From positions 123,318,001 through 123,382,000 of the forward strand of contig NC_043000.1 of the NCBI RefSeq assembly GCF_006345805.1: DNA of 64,000 nt, given 5' to 3'. Positions 1-13,649 of the stretch are shown in pieces; the first letter of the stretch is position 1, and each line of letters begins with the position of its first letter. Position numbers and translations under genes: made by a program. The DNA is from Octopus sinensis (taxonomy: Eukaryota). Below the pieces are notes generated by a model, which made no database searches, was not told the origin of the DNA, and saw nothing but the letters and a program-made list of their open reading frames with translations.

Positions 1-1768
1 ATATATATATATATATATGTAGTATATTATAATTATATATAGCTTCTGTTCAAACAAATTTACACTATTTAGCACTTTCATTAATTTAAAAAGGATTTTT
101 CCTTATGTCTTCATATAACTATTTTGAAATGTTATTTAACATCAATCATTCAATTTATATAGTGAAAAATAAATTTAAAATTCATTTCTTCTTAAAAATA
201 CTTCTAAAAGCTTAATATTGTTTTGTGCTTGTTTTTTTTTTATTTTTTGTAATTGTAGAATATAGATAGAACCATAAATTATTAACTATATAATCTGCAT
301 TTATAAAACACATGTCCATTACACAGTCATATACGCACATACATATACATTGAAATTTAATAAACAGAATATATATTCTTTACATGCACATAATCTTAAA
401 TCTTATTTGCCATCAATTCTATCCCAGCTCTATAGTTGTTATTAACATCCTATGGAACATTCAAAAGATAGTTATTCATATGATGAATTGATCCTATCTT
501 GCCAAAATCTTCTGGGCCTGGTTTATCTTTTTGTTGTGTTTATTGTATCTCTTTTAACATATCACCATACACTTTACTCTCCCAATTGCACATCTCTCTC
601 TTTCTCTCTCTCTCAGTTACACACACACACACACACGAGTTCTTAATTCTGAGTGCTGTGCTATTACCAATGTATACCCTCTGAACAATAAACTCTTCAG
701 AATTTCATATAGACTAAACTAAGATCATTTATTTCATTTTCTCTCTAAGGTGAAGTAGATAAGCTGAGAAATATTCCTCTATTAGAGATATAAGAATTAA
801 AAAATGTATTTCTTTAGTCAATATAGCTGTAGATAAATAATGTCATGTTGACATAATTAGCATTGGAAAGGGCTTCTAATTTGTTTTAGTAGTGCAAGTA
901 GGTACATGAATTTAAAAGCTTATTCAACATGGACTAATAAAACAGAGTGAAAAGAAATTTATCTGAACTTTGCTTAATATAAATGATCTCTCAAATGACA
1001 TTATCACAATTATTAAGATGTGATATAGCATTCTTCATTAAGACAGAAGTTCTATTTTCAACAGCAAACTATCATTACCCAAACTTTGTAATAAGTCCAG
1101 GAACAAAAACACTAATTCTTGATAAAGACTTAAGCATTATGAATCAATCTCTTGGATGCAAAGTTTGATGAAGATATTTTAGAAATATTACATTCTTCTC
1201 TTAAGTGTGCATCTTTTTATTTTCCAAGTAACAGGGCTTCAATGTAATTACCATCACTGAATAACATTTGATTACTTGAATATGAGCCATTATATCAATT
1301 TTTATGATAAGCAAAGTATGCCATTGCAAAAAGAACTCTATTCCTGTTTGTTGTTTATCACGTATTGTATAGATACCACATAACAGAATCAGAAGTACTG
1401 CCACTATGAAGAGAAAAAGCACACTTCTAGTGAAAACTTGCAATTTTTTCAATTTGAATATCTAATTAAACCATACAAAGTACAGAGAAACAAACATACT
1501 TTATTTTAAAATACAATAATAAACAGATTATAGTTACATATTCTAAATAGGAATTATTAAAACAAATTATCTATTTTTAATATTTTTCATGCAACCTAAA
1601 TTTGTTTAATTTTATGAAAGGAAAGTTTCACAAATATATTGTATGTGTATATTATAAATCTACTTTATCAATTAAAAATTATATGCTACATATTTTTTTC
1701 TTAAATTGCAATTACTACATATCAAAATTATATCATTCAGCCATTTCAATATCAAATACACTTTTGAA

Positions 1769-2120
1769 GTGTGTGTGTGTGTGTGTAATTAATAGGTGTA
1801 CAACTATCTCAACTAAAAGAAAGAGAATAATATTTGTTAACTAAGAATTTTGTTATAGGAAATGGAAATTGAGAAACCTTGTACTGTAGGATTTTTTTGA
1901 AATGGAATTTGTATTAATTTAGCTTACACATCTGTAAAATAAGAATCCACATAATACCCTACCACAAAAAGTGATAACTGTATTTTATTAATTCACACAC
2001 ACTCAAATTTATCAGCTGAACGAATACAACTTCCATTTCAGTATTACACAGTAGAATGTTTCCCACTTGGAATGAAACAACTGCTGTGAATTACTGAACT
2101 TTCTAAGAGTCAGAATATAT

Positions 2121-2173
<53 letters not shown>

Positions 2174-2742
2174 GTCTATATATCATAAGATATACATAGA
2201 GTATGTTTTATACACGCACACACATATATACACACATGTTACCTTCTTTGGGCTCTGAACTCCTTATGGTTTTGTAAGAGTGCCATTATGAACAGAATGC
2301 TTTAGGCATTTTAAATATATTGGAACCTATTCATCTCCAGGATATTTTATTACATTTATATGTATTTATATAAATGTATATGAATATCTATTAGTCCACT
2401 TGTGTGTGGTGTGTGTAATTAATAGGTGTACAACTATCTCAACTAAAAGAAAGAGAATAATATTTGTTAACTAAGAATTTTGTTATAGGAAATGGAAATT
2501 GAGAAACCTTGTACTGTAGGATTTTTTTGAAATGGAATTTGTATTAATTTAGCTTACACATCTGTAAAATAAGAATCCACATAATACCCTACCACAAAAA
2601 GTGATAACTGTATTTTATTAATTCACACACACTCAAATTTATCAGCTGAACGAATACAACTTCCATTTCAGTATTACACAGTAGAATGTTTCCCACTTGG
2701 AATGAAACAACTGCTGTGAATTACTGAACTTTCTAAGAGTCA

Positions 2743-2798
<56 letters not shown>

Positions 2799-3040
2799 GT
2801 CTATATATCATAAGATATACATAGAGTATGTTTTATACACGCACACACATATATACACACATGTTACCTTCTTTGGGCTCTGAACTCCTTATGGTTTTGT
2901 AAGAGTGCCATTATGAACAGAATGCTTTAGGCATTTTAAATATATTGGAACCTATTCATCTCCAGGATATTTTATTACATTTATATGTATTTATATAAAT
3001 GTATATGAATATCTATTAGTCTACTTGTGTGTGTGTGTGT
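1769..3040. repeat. Near-identical tandem duplication of an approximately 630-bp unit bounded by (GT)n
   Basis: aattaataggtgtacaactatctc... starts at 1787 and 2417, and the copies run in register to 2400 and 3025. Visible differences are the (TA)n array, the GT-tract junction and ccact/ctact. Confidence 0.95.
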
Positions 3041-5356
3041 TTGTGTGTCATATACAAACATGCATTTGTTTTAGTTTTTATGAAAGTTTAGCAGTTTCTT
3101 TTCATGTCTGTTTTCTAAGGATAACTGTTTCTAAGGTTACACTGAAAATTAAAGGCATTTACATAAGTTACAGGAGCTAATGATTTTTAGTCAGCTAGAT
3201 GATTATTCTCTTGCAAACCAGTCAACCATGAATTAATTAGCCCTGGTTTCACATCAGTTCATTCAAGAAAATTATATGATGCTCCTTCTTTATGGAAATA
3301 ATGTGATATGTGTAGTAGTATTTGTAATGTACCTTTAGAGCAACACTTTTATTAATTAGGCATTAAATACGTTCTCAAATATTTAAGAATTATTCTCTTT
3401 GTACCACTACAAACAAAAATTATACTAAAAAGATACTGCGAGTTCTAATTGGTTTCCTTACAGAAATACTCTAGTTTTTGAGGTGCAGATACATGAGCAT
3501 TTACATTTCGTCTCAAACTCACATAGTTCTTATAGACTCACTATCTGTAAAATAGAGAATTGAAGGAAAAGAAATAGCATTAAACACAAAGAAAATCACT
3601 AAGGAATGCAATCTATGTTGTTTCAATGTTGTCCGTTTTTCATTTTATCTCTTCTTCTTTACTTCCATTTCAGAAGAGTTTGGTCCAATGCATGTTTTTC
3701 CAAGTACGTATCTCTGTTGTTACATCTTTTGTTTAACCCTTCTCACCTTCATTTGCAAATTCTTTACTTTATTTCCTTTTTCTTTTCTTTCTTTTTATTT
3801 AATATATGGAAACTCTGCATGTGCACATATCACAGACATAATTTCATTACCAAATTTTATGGTTATGATATTCGACAATTTTGGATAAATATATCCCTCC
3901 TGCTCATTTCCTCAATCTCATTTCATTACTTTGTTCCCATGGAGCTTCTATTTGTCTTTAGCATGTGCTAAAAACTAAGCTTGGGATTCTATCCCCACAA
4001 CATATCCACAATTTTTCTTCCTTTTTTTTTTGTTGCTATTATTCAAATAAAATGCATTTAAGAAGAATCTCAATGTGATTAAGGTCAAATTTTAAGCTTT
4101 AAAGTTTCTGTGCCCTATCACTTCCATAAACATCATAATATCAGCTCTAAATTCATATTAGAATACTGTGATTTCAACTTCATAAATTTTAAACGTTATT
4201 TTAATAAATTTTCATATCAGTTTTACTTATTTCAGTTATGCAACAATAATCAACTTCAGATAATTTCCTTTGTCAAAACAATTTCAAAATGTTATGTAGA
4301 TTTATTTAAAACATCATATCAATTTTATTCTGCTCCTAGGGGTAACAGTATGAAGGGGAAAATATAAGTAGAATAAAATGGGAGAGGATAGTTCCATTTT
4401 ATTGCATCAGACAACAGAATTTATAAATAGGTTTCACCACAGTATTTTATGGGAAACAAATCTACAAATAATACATATTTGATACTAGGAATATAGATAC
4501 TAGGAATTAGGTGAGAAAGACTGTACCAGAATTTGAACTCAAAAACATTAGTTCTCTAACAGCTGGTACAGCCTAATCTAAGGTTTTAGTATTGTTTCAC
4601 CTTTTTGACAAAATTACATTTTTCATGTAGTCTTTCATGGAACACTATTAATAACAGGGGAACCATCATGTCATTGTTTTCAAAGTATTAGAATATCATC
4701 AAAAAGATTAGTGGTTCATATTTTATCACATGTTCTGAGCTATGTTCATAGCTAAGACATTTAGCGTTTAAAATTCTAGTTCAGCTACCTGCAAGTATGT
4801 ACCATAAAGTGGAATTACACACTAACATTTAAAACATTTCTATTAGCATGCTGCTGTGTAATTCCAGAGTAGGGATGGGGGCCTAGAGGTTTCATTCACT
4901 ATAAAACCATGTACTATGTCTTCATTTACTGCATCTTCAACACTCATGTTTGAAGATTTAAGTGGAAAGTATTAAACAGAGAACAGAAACATTAAACTGC
5001 AACAGCTTAAACAGAACATTAATGACATCTAGTTTTCTAGTCTTTCTGGGCCTACAAAGGTCATGAATACTGCCCTCTTCCTCCAGATACAGCAAGTAAA
5101 GAAACAAGAACAAGTAAATACATATCAGGTAGTCAAAGTTCATTTTTGAGTTACCTTTAAATCATCCTGAATGTAGTAGCTTCCTGAAATAAGCTGAGTA
5201 AAATAGAGTATTAGTTTGTTAATTTTTAATCAAAATAAAATTCCTTCCATTTGCATCAATATTTTTGTGTAGCATATTTGACGATGAAAAAAATTTGTAT
5301 TTACTTATCTCACATGAACATTAATATCAATAGAATCGCATGATTGGCATCCGTGC

Positions 5357-5765
5357 TAGTGGAGTGCTAAGAGCACCATCCGAGTGTTATCATTGCCAGG
5401 GCCACTGAATGGCCCCCATTCCAGTGGCATGTAAAAAGCACCATTCGAGCACTTATGGTGGCACGTGAAAAAACATTTGAGCAAGGTCGTTGCCAGTGCC
5501 GTTGGACTGGCTCCTGTGCAGATGGCACATAAAAAGCACCATTTGAGCGTGGCCATTGCCAGTACCACCTGACTGGCCCTCATGCCAGTGGCATGTAAAA
5601 GCACCCACTACACTCTCAGAGTGGTTGGCATTAGGAAGGTCATCCAGCTGTAGAAACTCTGCCAGATTAGATTGGAGCCTGGTGCAGCCACCTGGCTCAC
5701 CAGTCCCCAGTCAAACCATCCACCCCATGCCAGCATGGAAAGCAGACATTAAACGATGATGATGG
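5357..5765 (+). mobile_element. SINE-like element (family C) with internal ~60-bp imperfect repeats and tail ...ccatccacccatgccagcatggaaagcagacattaaacgatgatgatg
   Basis: Internal repeats gcaccatt(c/t)gagc...gttgccagt...gactggc recur. The same tail recurs at about 13650 (-), 44870, 44970 (-), 47750 and 51380. Confidence 0.7.
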
Positions 5766-8700
5766 CACAATAAAGCTTGAGATATTTTACCAAGTTTAAA
5801 ATAAGCTGTGATATTGTGATAGTTCTAATATTTGCTGGTGGTTACAATTCTCTGGTTAATTTTTATAACACGTATTCTTTGTTAACTTTGTCTTTTTTAT
5901 ACATTGTTCTTTCTAGTTAGTCATTTCTAAATTACACTGTGCAATCTCTGTATCTCTGGCTATCATATATCTACTATTGACCTGTTGCTCTATATCATAT
6001 ACAAACGACTCCTTTTTCTAACTTACGTTCTAACATACTTTGACCAATATTTTCAATGTTCATTATAGTCTATGAAATTTCACTACCACTCTTCCATAAC
6101 TTACAATTAAACTATCATTATTCTCATCTAAACATACTGAACAAAAGACTTTTGAAGAAACCTCACTTCTAACAATTTTGTAGTCAAATTTATCTTACAT
6201 TATCTGATGCTTCAATTTAATAATGACACACTCTTCATTTTACTAATAAATATACATTTCTTATCCCCATGTACATTAAAATATTCTATCAATAAATTCC
6301 ACCAATGTTTCTGTTCGTACACTTTGCTGTGCTCCTTTCTTTTTCTTTATCTCTATTTGCTCCTGTAGTTTTACTTCCACATTGTCTGCCAAAGTAGACT
6401 ATTTATTATCTTAGGACATAGATATTATTGAAATATTTTACTTGTCAACAACAACAACAAAAAAACCTTATTCACTGATTTTGAAGAAATCATTCACATA
6501 CAGATGCTCATAAACATATAAATACATAAACATGCACACACACACACACACACATGTATAGCTGATGTGCTACACATGTACTAAATTCTTTGTCCTTTCC
6601 TCTTCACATGTCATTTGTGTTCTATTCAATGGAGTATAAATTCTTTCAGTTGGCAGAATCTAACTTTTTCTGACCGTAATCTTATGTCACTTTGCAATGA
6701 TACTTCCACTGCCTGACAAAAAGATAGAGTAATCAAAGATGGATTGCTGTAGATCATACATTGAGTCAATGACCTGAAACCAAACAACAATAACTTAAGA
6801 AAGGATAAGGACATGTAGTAGCTACCTTTGCATAAATACATATATATATATAGGCACCACACATTCAAGTATACAAAATCACTTATGTTTCCATGTATGT
6901 GTTGGTTCTTTAGATCATTTAATTATCAAGACTTAAAGCATGCCAGTACATTGTTTTCAATCATTATTGTCCCATGCTGTTAGTGACACTCATGGTATTT
7001 ATCTCCAAGTTCATATTTGATAATTTCATGTTTTCTAAACTAAAGTATTAGTGAATTAATGGATGATGTTTTATCTTATAGATAACTCTTTGCAGAGAGT
7101 TCATTTAAGACAACTAGAAATTAGTGTGTCCATATTTCTTTAAACATTTCCAAAGAAACTGTAGCTAAATTGCTTTACTATTTTGGAAGGTAATTGAATA
7201 GTTACCAACCATTATTGCAGAAAAGACCTCATATGAATGTGTAAAGGAAGAAGTTTAGGGATTTGGTAATATGTCATAATCCACTTGTTTTACTTCATGT
7301 AAAGAGCATTTTTGATAAGGAGCTTCAAGGACTTTGTGTGTAAGTATAATTGTGTAAAATTGATAGCATTCCAATGTAGAAATTTAGTGCAGAAATATAC
7401 TCCCAGTATTTTAGATCTATGAAAAAGAAGTTTTGTAATCATTCCCACTGGTAGATAAAGCCTAGGTTACTAAGAAGTCATAGCTGTGTGAAGTAGTCTA
7501 ACTTTCAGAGATTTCAAGGTTTTTGTTATCATGGACGAGCTTCTTGTAAAGAAAATTCTTAGCACCCAGAGAGTAAGCTGTTGGTAAATTGTTAAAATCT
7601 TCAGGGTAATTCTTTGTTTTGACAGGATAAACTATTTGTGGGATTTTCTTGGGAACCTTCTGTAGTATGTGCATTTGTATACACGTACAAATGGAGTTTA
7701 ATGCCCAAATGGTATCCTAGTATTATATTTTATTGTTGTTCAAGATGCATAGGTCTAAATATTTATGATGAAACTCATGTTTGGTATATTGTTTGCTCTT
7801 CAGATATGGTTATTCATCCTTTTATCTGTCCATTACATTGAAAGTTCTGTGTCTGTATTTAATTTGTTTTGATAGTGTTTGTAGAATATATAGTATATGC
7901 TACTCTATAATCTATTTTAGAGTGACATATAGTATATATGAATGTTACAGTTCAACTTTCAAATATCATTCAGATTGTTTTAATATTTTGTATCAGTAAA
8001 GTTCTTAATAGTTGTACTTCGTGTGAAATACATTTATTTAGTCCTATGCCTTTTTTATTTCTCTTTCTCTCAACTTCCCCATTTTTATTTTAAAGTGTAT
8101 TTCTGATTTCTTAACATTTCATCTCTGGTGGTCTGTATTTTCCTTTTTTTTTTCTTTTTCCTGTAACATATCCTCAAAACTTATTCTTTTATCCTCAAAA
8201 TTTATTCTTTAGTTTTGCATAAATTTGTCTCACTAGCTTTCTCATTTGTTTCCTACTGTTCAATCTTTTTGTTCCCTTCACCATACATCTTTCTTTTATT
8301 TATCTATTTATTTTTTTAATATCAGATTAATTACAGAGTATTTTACAGATATAGTCCTATTTTTGTTACATTTAAGTTGTGGTCCTTTATTGTGATGTTC
8401 CAAATATAGATTTGCTTTTAAGAAATATTTAATCTGAAATTCCTTTTTATGAGAATATTGAAAAAATATTTTATTTCAAATTATTGGGATAAAGATTATA
8501 TAAAATCTTCAAATATCTAAGAAATTAAAATACAAGTATAATTTCATTCTGCAATATTATTTAATTCTTGTGAAGACTGAAGTATGAATAGACAAGCACA
8601 ATAGAAAGCTACTTAGACAGCTCTTTACAAAATCAACAGGCATCATTTCTATATTATAGATCAAGAAATGATATTTATAACTCTAATGCTTCAACACAAA

Positions 8701-9002
8701 TTAAATTGTTTTCTTAGTATTGTGTTTGTGAGGCTGAAAACATTACCCAGTGTGTGCAACAAGCCCTTTACCTTGTCTCAGTTATGTGGCTCTTGCTCAT
8801 ATCCTTTCCTGATGAATTTTTCCTTGTTCATAAGATTGAGAATGCTACCAGTAACTATCAATACATTTTTATTCATGTAAAAATGAAAATAAGTCTAGCA
8901 TTCATTTCACTGTATAAATTATCACTGCCAATGATGACGATGATGATGATCTTTTCTACTATAAAGCACACAGCCTAAAATTTAAATTTAAATTAATCCC
9001 GG

Positions 9003-9105
9003 TGTTCAATAGGTACTTATTTCATTGACCCCTAAAGTATGAAAGACAAAGTCAACTTTGGTGGAATTTGAACTCAGAACATGAAGACAGACAAAATGCA
9101 GCTAA
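9003..9105 (-). mobile_element. Truncated tRNA-derived SINE (family A)
   Basis: Reverse complement of gagttcaaattcc...gttgactttg(c/t)ctttcat...ggggtcaatgaaataagtacc, the core shared with the 41200 copy. Confidence 0.8.
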
Positions 9106-10399
9106 TAATAATAATAATAGTAATAATAATTAATCTATCTTGAAGAATTTTGGATTCAGCAGCCAACATGTAGTTTTGTATGTAATAAAATAACAGCCAA
9201 ATTGAACAGAGAAAAAGTTTTAAAGCAATTTACTGTTATAAGCGCAGAAAAGGACAAAGCCTTACTACTACATATTAAAGAACAAGCAACTTTAATATCC
9301 CTATCAAAAATTACTACACTAAAAATATACTTGCAAGCAAATATTTTGAAGTGAGACTCAAATGTCTCCATTGTAGATCATGAGAAACTCATTAAATACA
9401 ATGATTTGAAAACAAAAATGCCTCGAATATGTAAATAAAACTATATCATAACATACAAGCAAGACACATTGCTACAGAATGCAATGCACATCTAAACTCA
9501 TTATATAATCATAACTGTACAAGCACTAAAACATTCCGCTTGCCTGATAATTAATTCCTACTCTCTTCTAAACCATCAATTTACAGGAATGAAAAAAATG
9601 TTGACTTGATAAAATATACAAAAGAAAATGTTTTTTAGAAAATGAAATTGTTAACAATAATGCTATGTTTCTTTGCTAGGCACAAACGGTCTGTATTTCA
9701 GAGGACATGAAAACTTTAGACTTGCAAACTCATTCCCATTCATTTCTCAAGAGTATTGGTAACATGAATTCAATTTACATGAACAAGATAATCAATTCTA
9801 GATTATAATTAATTTTGACTCACTATGGTGCTTGCCTCAATACTAATGATATTGATTTTTAACAGTGATACAAAATATCACATTTTGAAAAAGGGTTTAC
9901 TTGATTATATCGACCTGAACACTTACTGGTATTATTTTATTTCTAAAATAACAGTGTGTGTGTAAGTTACGCTTTGACCTTCATTGTCAAAAACTATTTG
10001 ACCAGTGATTCAATCTTTACATGTTTCACAATGAAGTGTGTATGCATTGGTGGTGTCATTTGCTTAAAAATATCATTTTCCTTTCATGTTGTTTACTACC
10101 TGATAGCAAGATAGCATAGTCGTTTTTTCCCCCTTTTCTTTTCAAGAATTGTGATATTTAATGTTTGATATAAGGTATAATGTGAAGGTCCAAATACAGA
10201 GTTTCTATCATGAAAATAGTTAGAACTCCTGCTTCCTTTTAGAAGTGAGTGATGAAATTGAAAATTACTTTAAATCTATGACTATAGAATTGATAGGGCC
10301 ATGATACAATTGATTTTCTATTTCATATTGATGAAGAGTGTGGATAATTGTACTATGATGGAAATGCTGAGCTTGTGTCAAATGAACAACAAATAAGTC

Positions 10400-10621
10400 A
10401 TTCTACTCAAGTCATTGGATCCAGCAAACTTAACAACATTACTATCCCTCCTCTATATTATTGCTAATTCTGTAAAGGTGGAAATTATCAGCATATTTGA
10501 TAAAGAAACAGTCACACACAGAAGCATTTCTTATGGCAATGATGCAGATAATCTGTACAATTATCCAAGGAAATTTCTAAACATCTGTAACTTAAGTGGA
10601 GCACCCTCATCTCTACTTTGA
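10400..10621 (+). pseudogene. Helitron Pif1-like helicase remnant
   Basis: DKETVTHRSISYGNDADNLYNYPRKFLNICNLSGAPSSLL resembles the Helitron helicase segment GEEKTYKSID...YPTEFLNSLN.SG.PPH.L. Judged by eye only. Confidence 0.5.
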
Positions 10622-11296
10622 CCATGATATATGTGTTGTAATGCTATTGTGAACTTTAAATAAGGCTACTGCCCTTTGCAATGGAACAGGAATTCAAATA
10701 ATACAAATAATAATAAATGCAGGATTGAAGTTAACATTGTTACAAAAGGCAAACATTATGGGAACATGCCATTATTCCAAGAATTAAGCTGAGACCTTCT
10801 AATATCACTCTGCTATTCATCCTTACGTGATTATAGTTTCTATTTGAGTGGCTTTTGAAATGACAGTTAGTAAATTTCAATCCACTCACTGAGTACAATA
10901 GATGTTCTGCCCAACTAACACATTTGCACATAGACTATTATATTCATTATCTTCAACAATGATAACTGCTGGCAATTAAAGTGAGAGCAGACACACTCAT
11001 ATCAATTATAATATAAATCATTCCTAACTTTAAAACACATCTTCATAAATTTAGGGGAAGGTACATATATCAGTTAAATCTATCTTAGTACTTCTATTTA
11101 TTTTAAAAAAACCCGAAAAGAATGAAAGTCAAAACTGACACCAGCAAAATTAAGCCTAAGAACATATATAAGCATATCTAATACCACAAGGCGTTTTCGC
11201 TGTTGCTCTACCAATTCTGATGATATCCACCACTCTTTTTAAATAATAATAATAATAGTAGTAGTAGTAGTAGTAGTAATAGTAATGATAATAATA

Positions 11297-12058
11297 GTTT
11301 CAAACTTTGGCACAATGCTAGCCATTTTTAATGGGATTATATCAAACCCAGTATCAACTGGTGCTTATTTTATTGACCCAGAAAGATGAAAGACAAAGCC
11401 AACCTTGATGGAATTTGAATTCAGAATGTAAAGAGCTGGAAAAAATGTCACTAAGCATTTTTTCTGATATGTTAACAGGTCTGCCAGCTTGCTGCCTTAA
11501 TACTAATTTTATTGACCCCAGAAGAATAAAAGAAAAAGTCAACTTCGATGGAATTTGAACTCAGAACAGAAAGAGCCAGAAGAAATATTGCTATGCATTT
11601 TGCCCAGCATGTTAATGACTTTTCCAGCTCTGCTGTATGTACAAGGCCTGAAATTTTGAGTGAGGGGCCTAGTTGAAATCATCCAGACCAGGATACAACT
11701 GGTACTTTTAATTATCGACCTAAAGGCATAAAAGGCAAAATTGACCTAGGTAGAGTCTGAACTCAGAACATAAAGACTGTGAAATGCTGCAAAGCATTTT
11801 GTCGAGTATGCTAATAATTTTACTAGTTTACTACCTTAATAATAATATTACAATAGACACAAGGCTTGAAATTGTGAGGTGGACAGAGCTAGTAGACTCC
11901 ATCAATCCCAGTACTCAACTGGTACTTTATTTTATCGACCCCTAAAGGATGAAAGGCAAAGTCAACCTTGGTGGATTTTAACTCAAAATGTTAAGACACA
12001 TGAAATGTTGCTAAGCATTTTATTCAGTGTGCTAGCAATTCTGCCAGCTCACCACCTT
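11297..12058 (-). mobile_element. Four head-to-tail family-A SINE copies (about 11297-11499, 11500-11632, 11637-11838, 11855-12058)
   Basis: The core actggt(a/g)ctt...ttattgaccc...gaaag(a/g)caaag(t/c)caacc...aactca(g/a)aa occurs four times in the same orientation, with variation. Confidence 0.85.
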
Positions 12059-12084
12059 AATAATAATAATGATGATGTACTCTC

Positions 12085-12362
12085 CCATCAAAGACGACAT
12101 ATGAGTATTCAGCTTTTGCTGAATGACCTGCACAAATGATTTGTTTATAGTGATCAAATGTACGTTCTGTACAATAGCTCACTCCCTCAACATTGCCTGA
12201 ACAGGTGCACAGTGCACCACACATCAAGTATTGAAGTGATCACTAAACAACATGAGATGAGATGTTTTGCTCAAGAACACAATGCACTACTCAGTCTAGG
12301 AATTGAAACCATGATCTCACAGGTGTGAGTGCAATGCCCTAACCATTAGGCCAAGCATCCTC
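12085..12362 (-). mobile_element. tRNA-derived SINE (family D)
   Basis: Minus strand reads tgaggatgcttggcctaatggttagggc (A box) ... ggtttcaattcctagactg (B box-like) ... ttcttgagcaaaaca. Confidence 0.6.
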
Positions 12363-12396
<34 letters not shown>

Positions 12397-12430
12397 TAAC
12401 AATAATAATAATAATAATAATAATAATACA
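12362..12430 (+). repeat. (AAT/AAC)n microsatellite
   Basis: Direct reading. Confidence 0.95.
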
Positions 12431-12439
12431 ACATAAAAC

Positions 12440-12990
12440 TAACAACAAATGGTATAAACATGTACCAAACATGACAATGATCAGGCCACAATCATCTGGG
12501 ATATGTTCAAATTAACAAAGAAATCAAAGCTAACAAAATAATCAAAGATTGGGACAAAAAAAACCCCTGCTTACTCATGGACTAAAATATTGCTCAAAAA
12601 GAAGTGGAGAAATTGTCCAAGTACAAAGATTTCAAAATTGAAGTATTCAAGATGTGAGACATGAAGATGAAAATAATACCAGTAATAACTGGAGCATTGA
12701 GTATGATAAAAAAAAACATAGACCCTCAGCACTACACACTGTCCAAGTCAGATACCCAACAGAACACAACTCACATTACACACAATGCTATACAAACACT
12801 AGAATAAAATAAAACAGACTCTAACCAAGCCATATAACAAAACTGATACAATACAATACCAGGAAGAGTTTGTACTTCCTCAGCAAGATAAAAATTCAAG
12901 AACACACAATGCTGCATACACCTTAGTAACATGGAGGTGTAGCAGGTGATGCAGTGGATATTTGCCTGAAGCTATCAAATATTGAATAAT
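12440..12990 (+). mobile_element. 5'-truncated R4/Dong-type non-LTR retrotransposon (restriction-like endonuclease C-terminus plus 3' UTR)
   Basis: Decayed KWYKHVP..NDQATIIWDM...KEIKAN..IKDWDKKNPCLLMD*NIAQKEVEKLSKYKDFKIEVFKM*DMKMKIIPVITGALSMIKK matches the PD..D...E...K RLE region. It begins right after an (AAT)n array. Confidence 0.8.
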
Positions 12991-13649
12991 TATAATTATA
13001 ATTATAATACTTTGTGATTTAGGTACATGACCTACAATTTTGAAGAAATTGGTATTATCAACTCAGTACTAGATTAGAACAAGTAGTAGTAATAGCAATA
13101 ATAATAATCCTCCTGGAAGGGATTATTAGTATTATATCTCCTTTGGCACAAGACCAAAAATTTCAATTGCAATTCAAACAATCCTGATATATATTAGGAC
13201 AAAAAGTAAAACCAGCCTTTATAGTAATAAAACTTTGAGCATTTATAGGTATAACTAAATTTTTCAAGACCTTTTTGCACAACTCTACCATTCTTCTGTT
13301 CATCACCCCTTTTAAAAATGATGATGATGATGATGATGACAAATAAACTACAAATAAACTACAAAACTGTGGTTAATGAGCTCTACTCAAAAACTGGCTC
13401 TTAAGAGTTGGTATCTGCAACAATATTAGTGCCCTCCTGCATATCATTAAAAAAATATATAGTTGAGTATATATATGCTGAGTATATGGTGTATTAAATG
13501 AAACATTAAAAGGCATTCTTTCTGAGTGTTCAGTTCATACCAATGCTGAGTACCTTTAAAAACACAATGCAAAAGGTGAATACCTTCACTGGCTCATCCT
13601 CAGATATTAGCAAATCAAAGCAACTTATTGATTGTATCATTATCATCAT

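Noticed and set aside
983-1452. ORFs 983-1168 (+) and 1201-1452 (-, hydrophobic N-terminus) as a nested small membrane-protein gene
   Set aside because: There is no splice or homology support, and hydrophobicity follows from T-richness. The + strand has a faint LLNINDLSNDI..IKM resemblance to a decayed LINE RT (YINDL...K.FADD), too weak to annotate.
7000-7700. Coding-like composition suggesting a LINE or nested gene
   Set aside because: Stops in all frames and no motif I could identify with confidence.
9106-9420. ATG-less open frame LIYLEEFWIQQPTC...K*DSNVSIVDHEKLIKYNDLK after (AAT)n
   Set aside because: It may be a very old RLE fragment (E.KL.KY.DL), but the similarity is too short to call and it is not neurexin-like.
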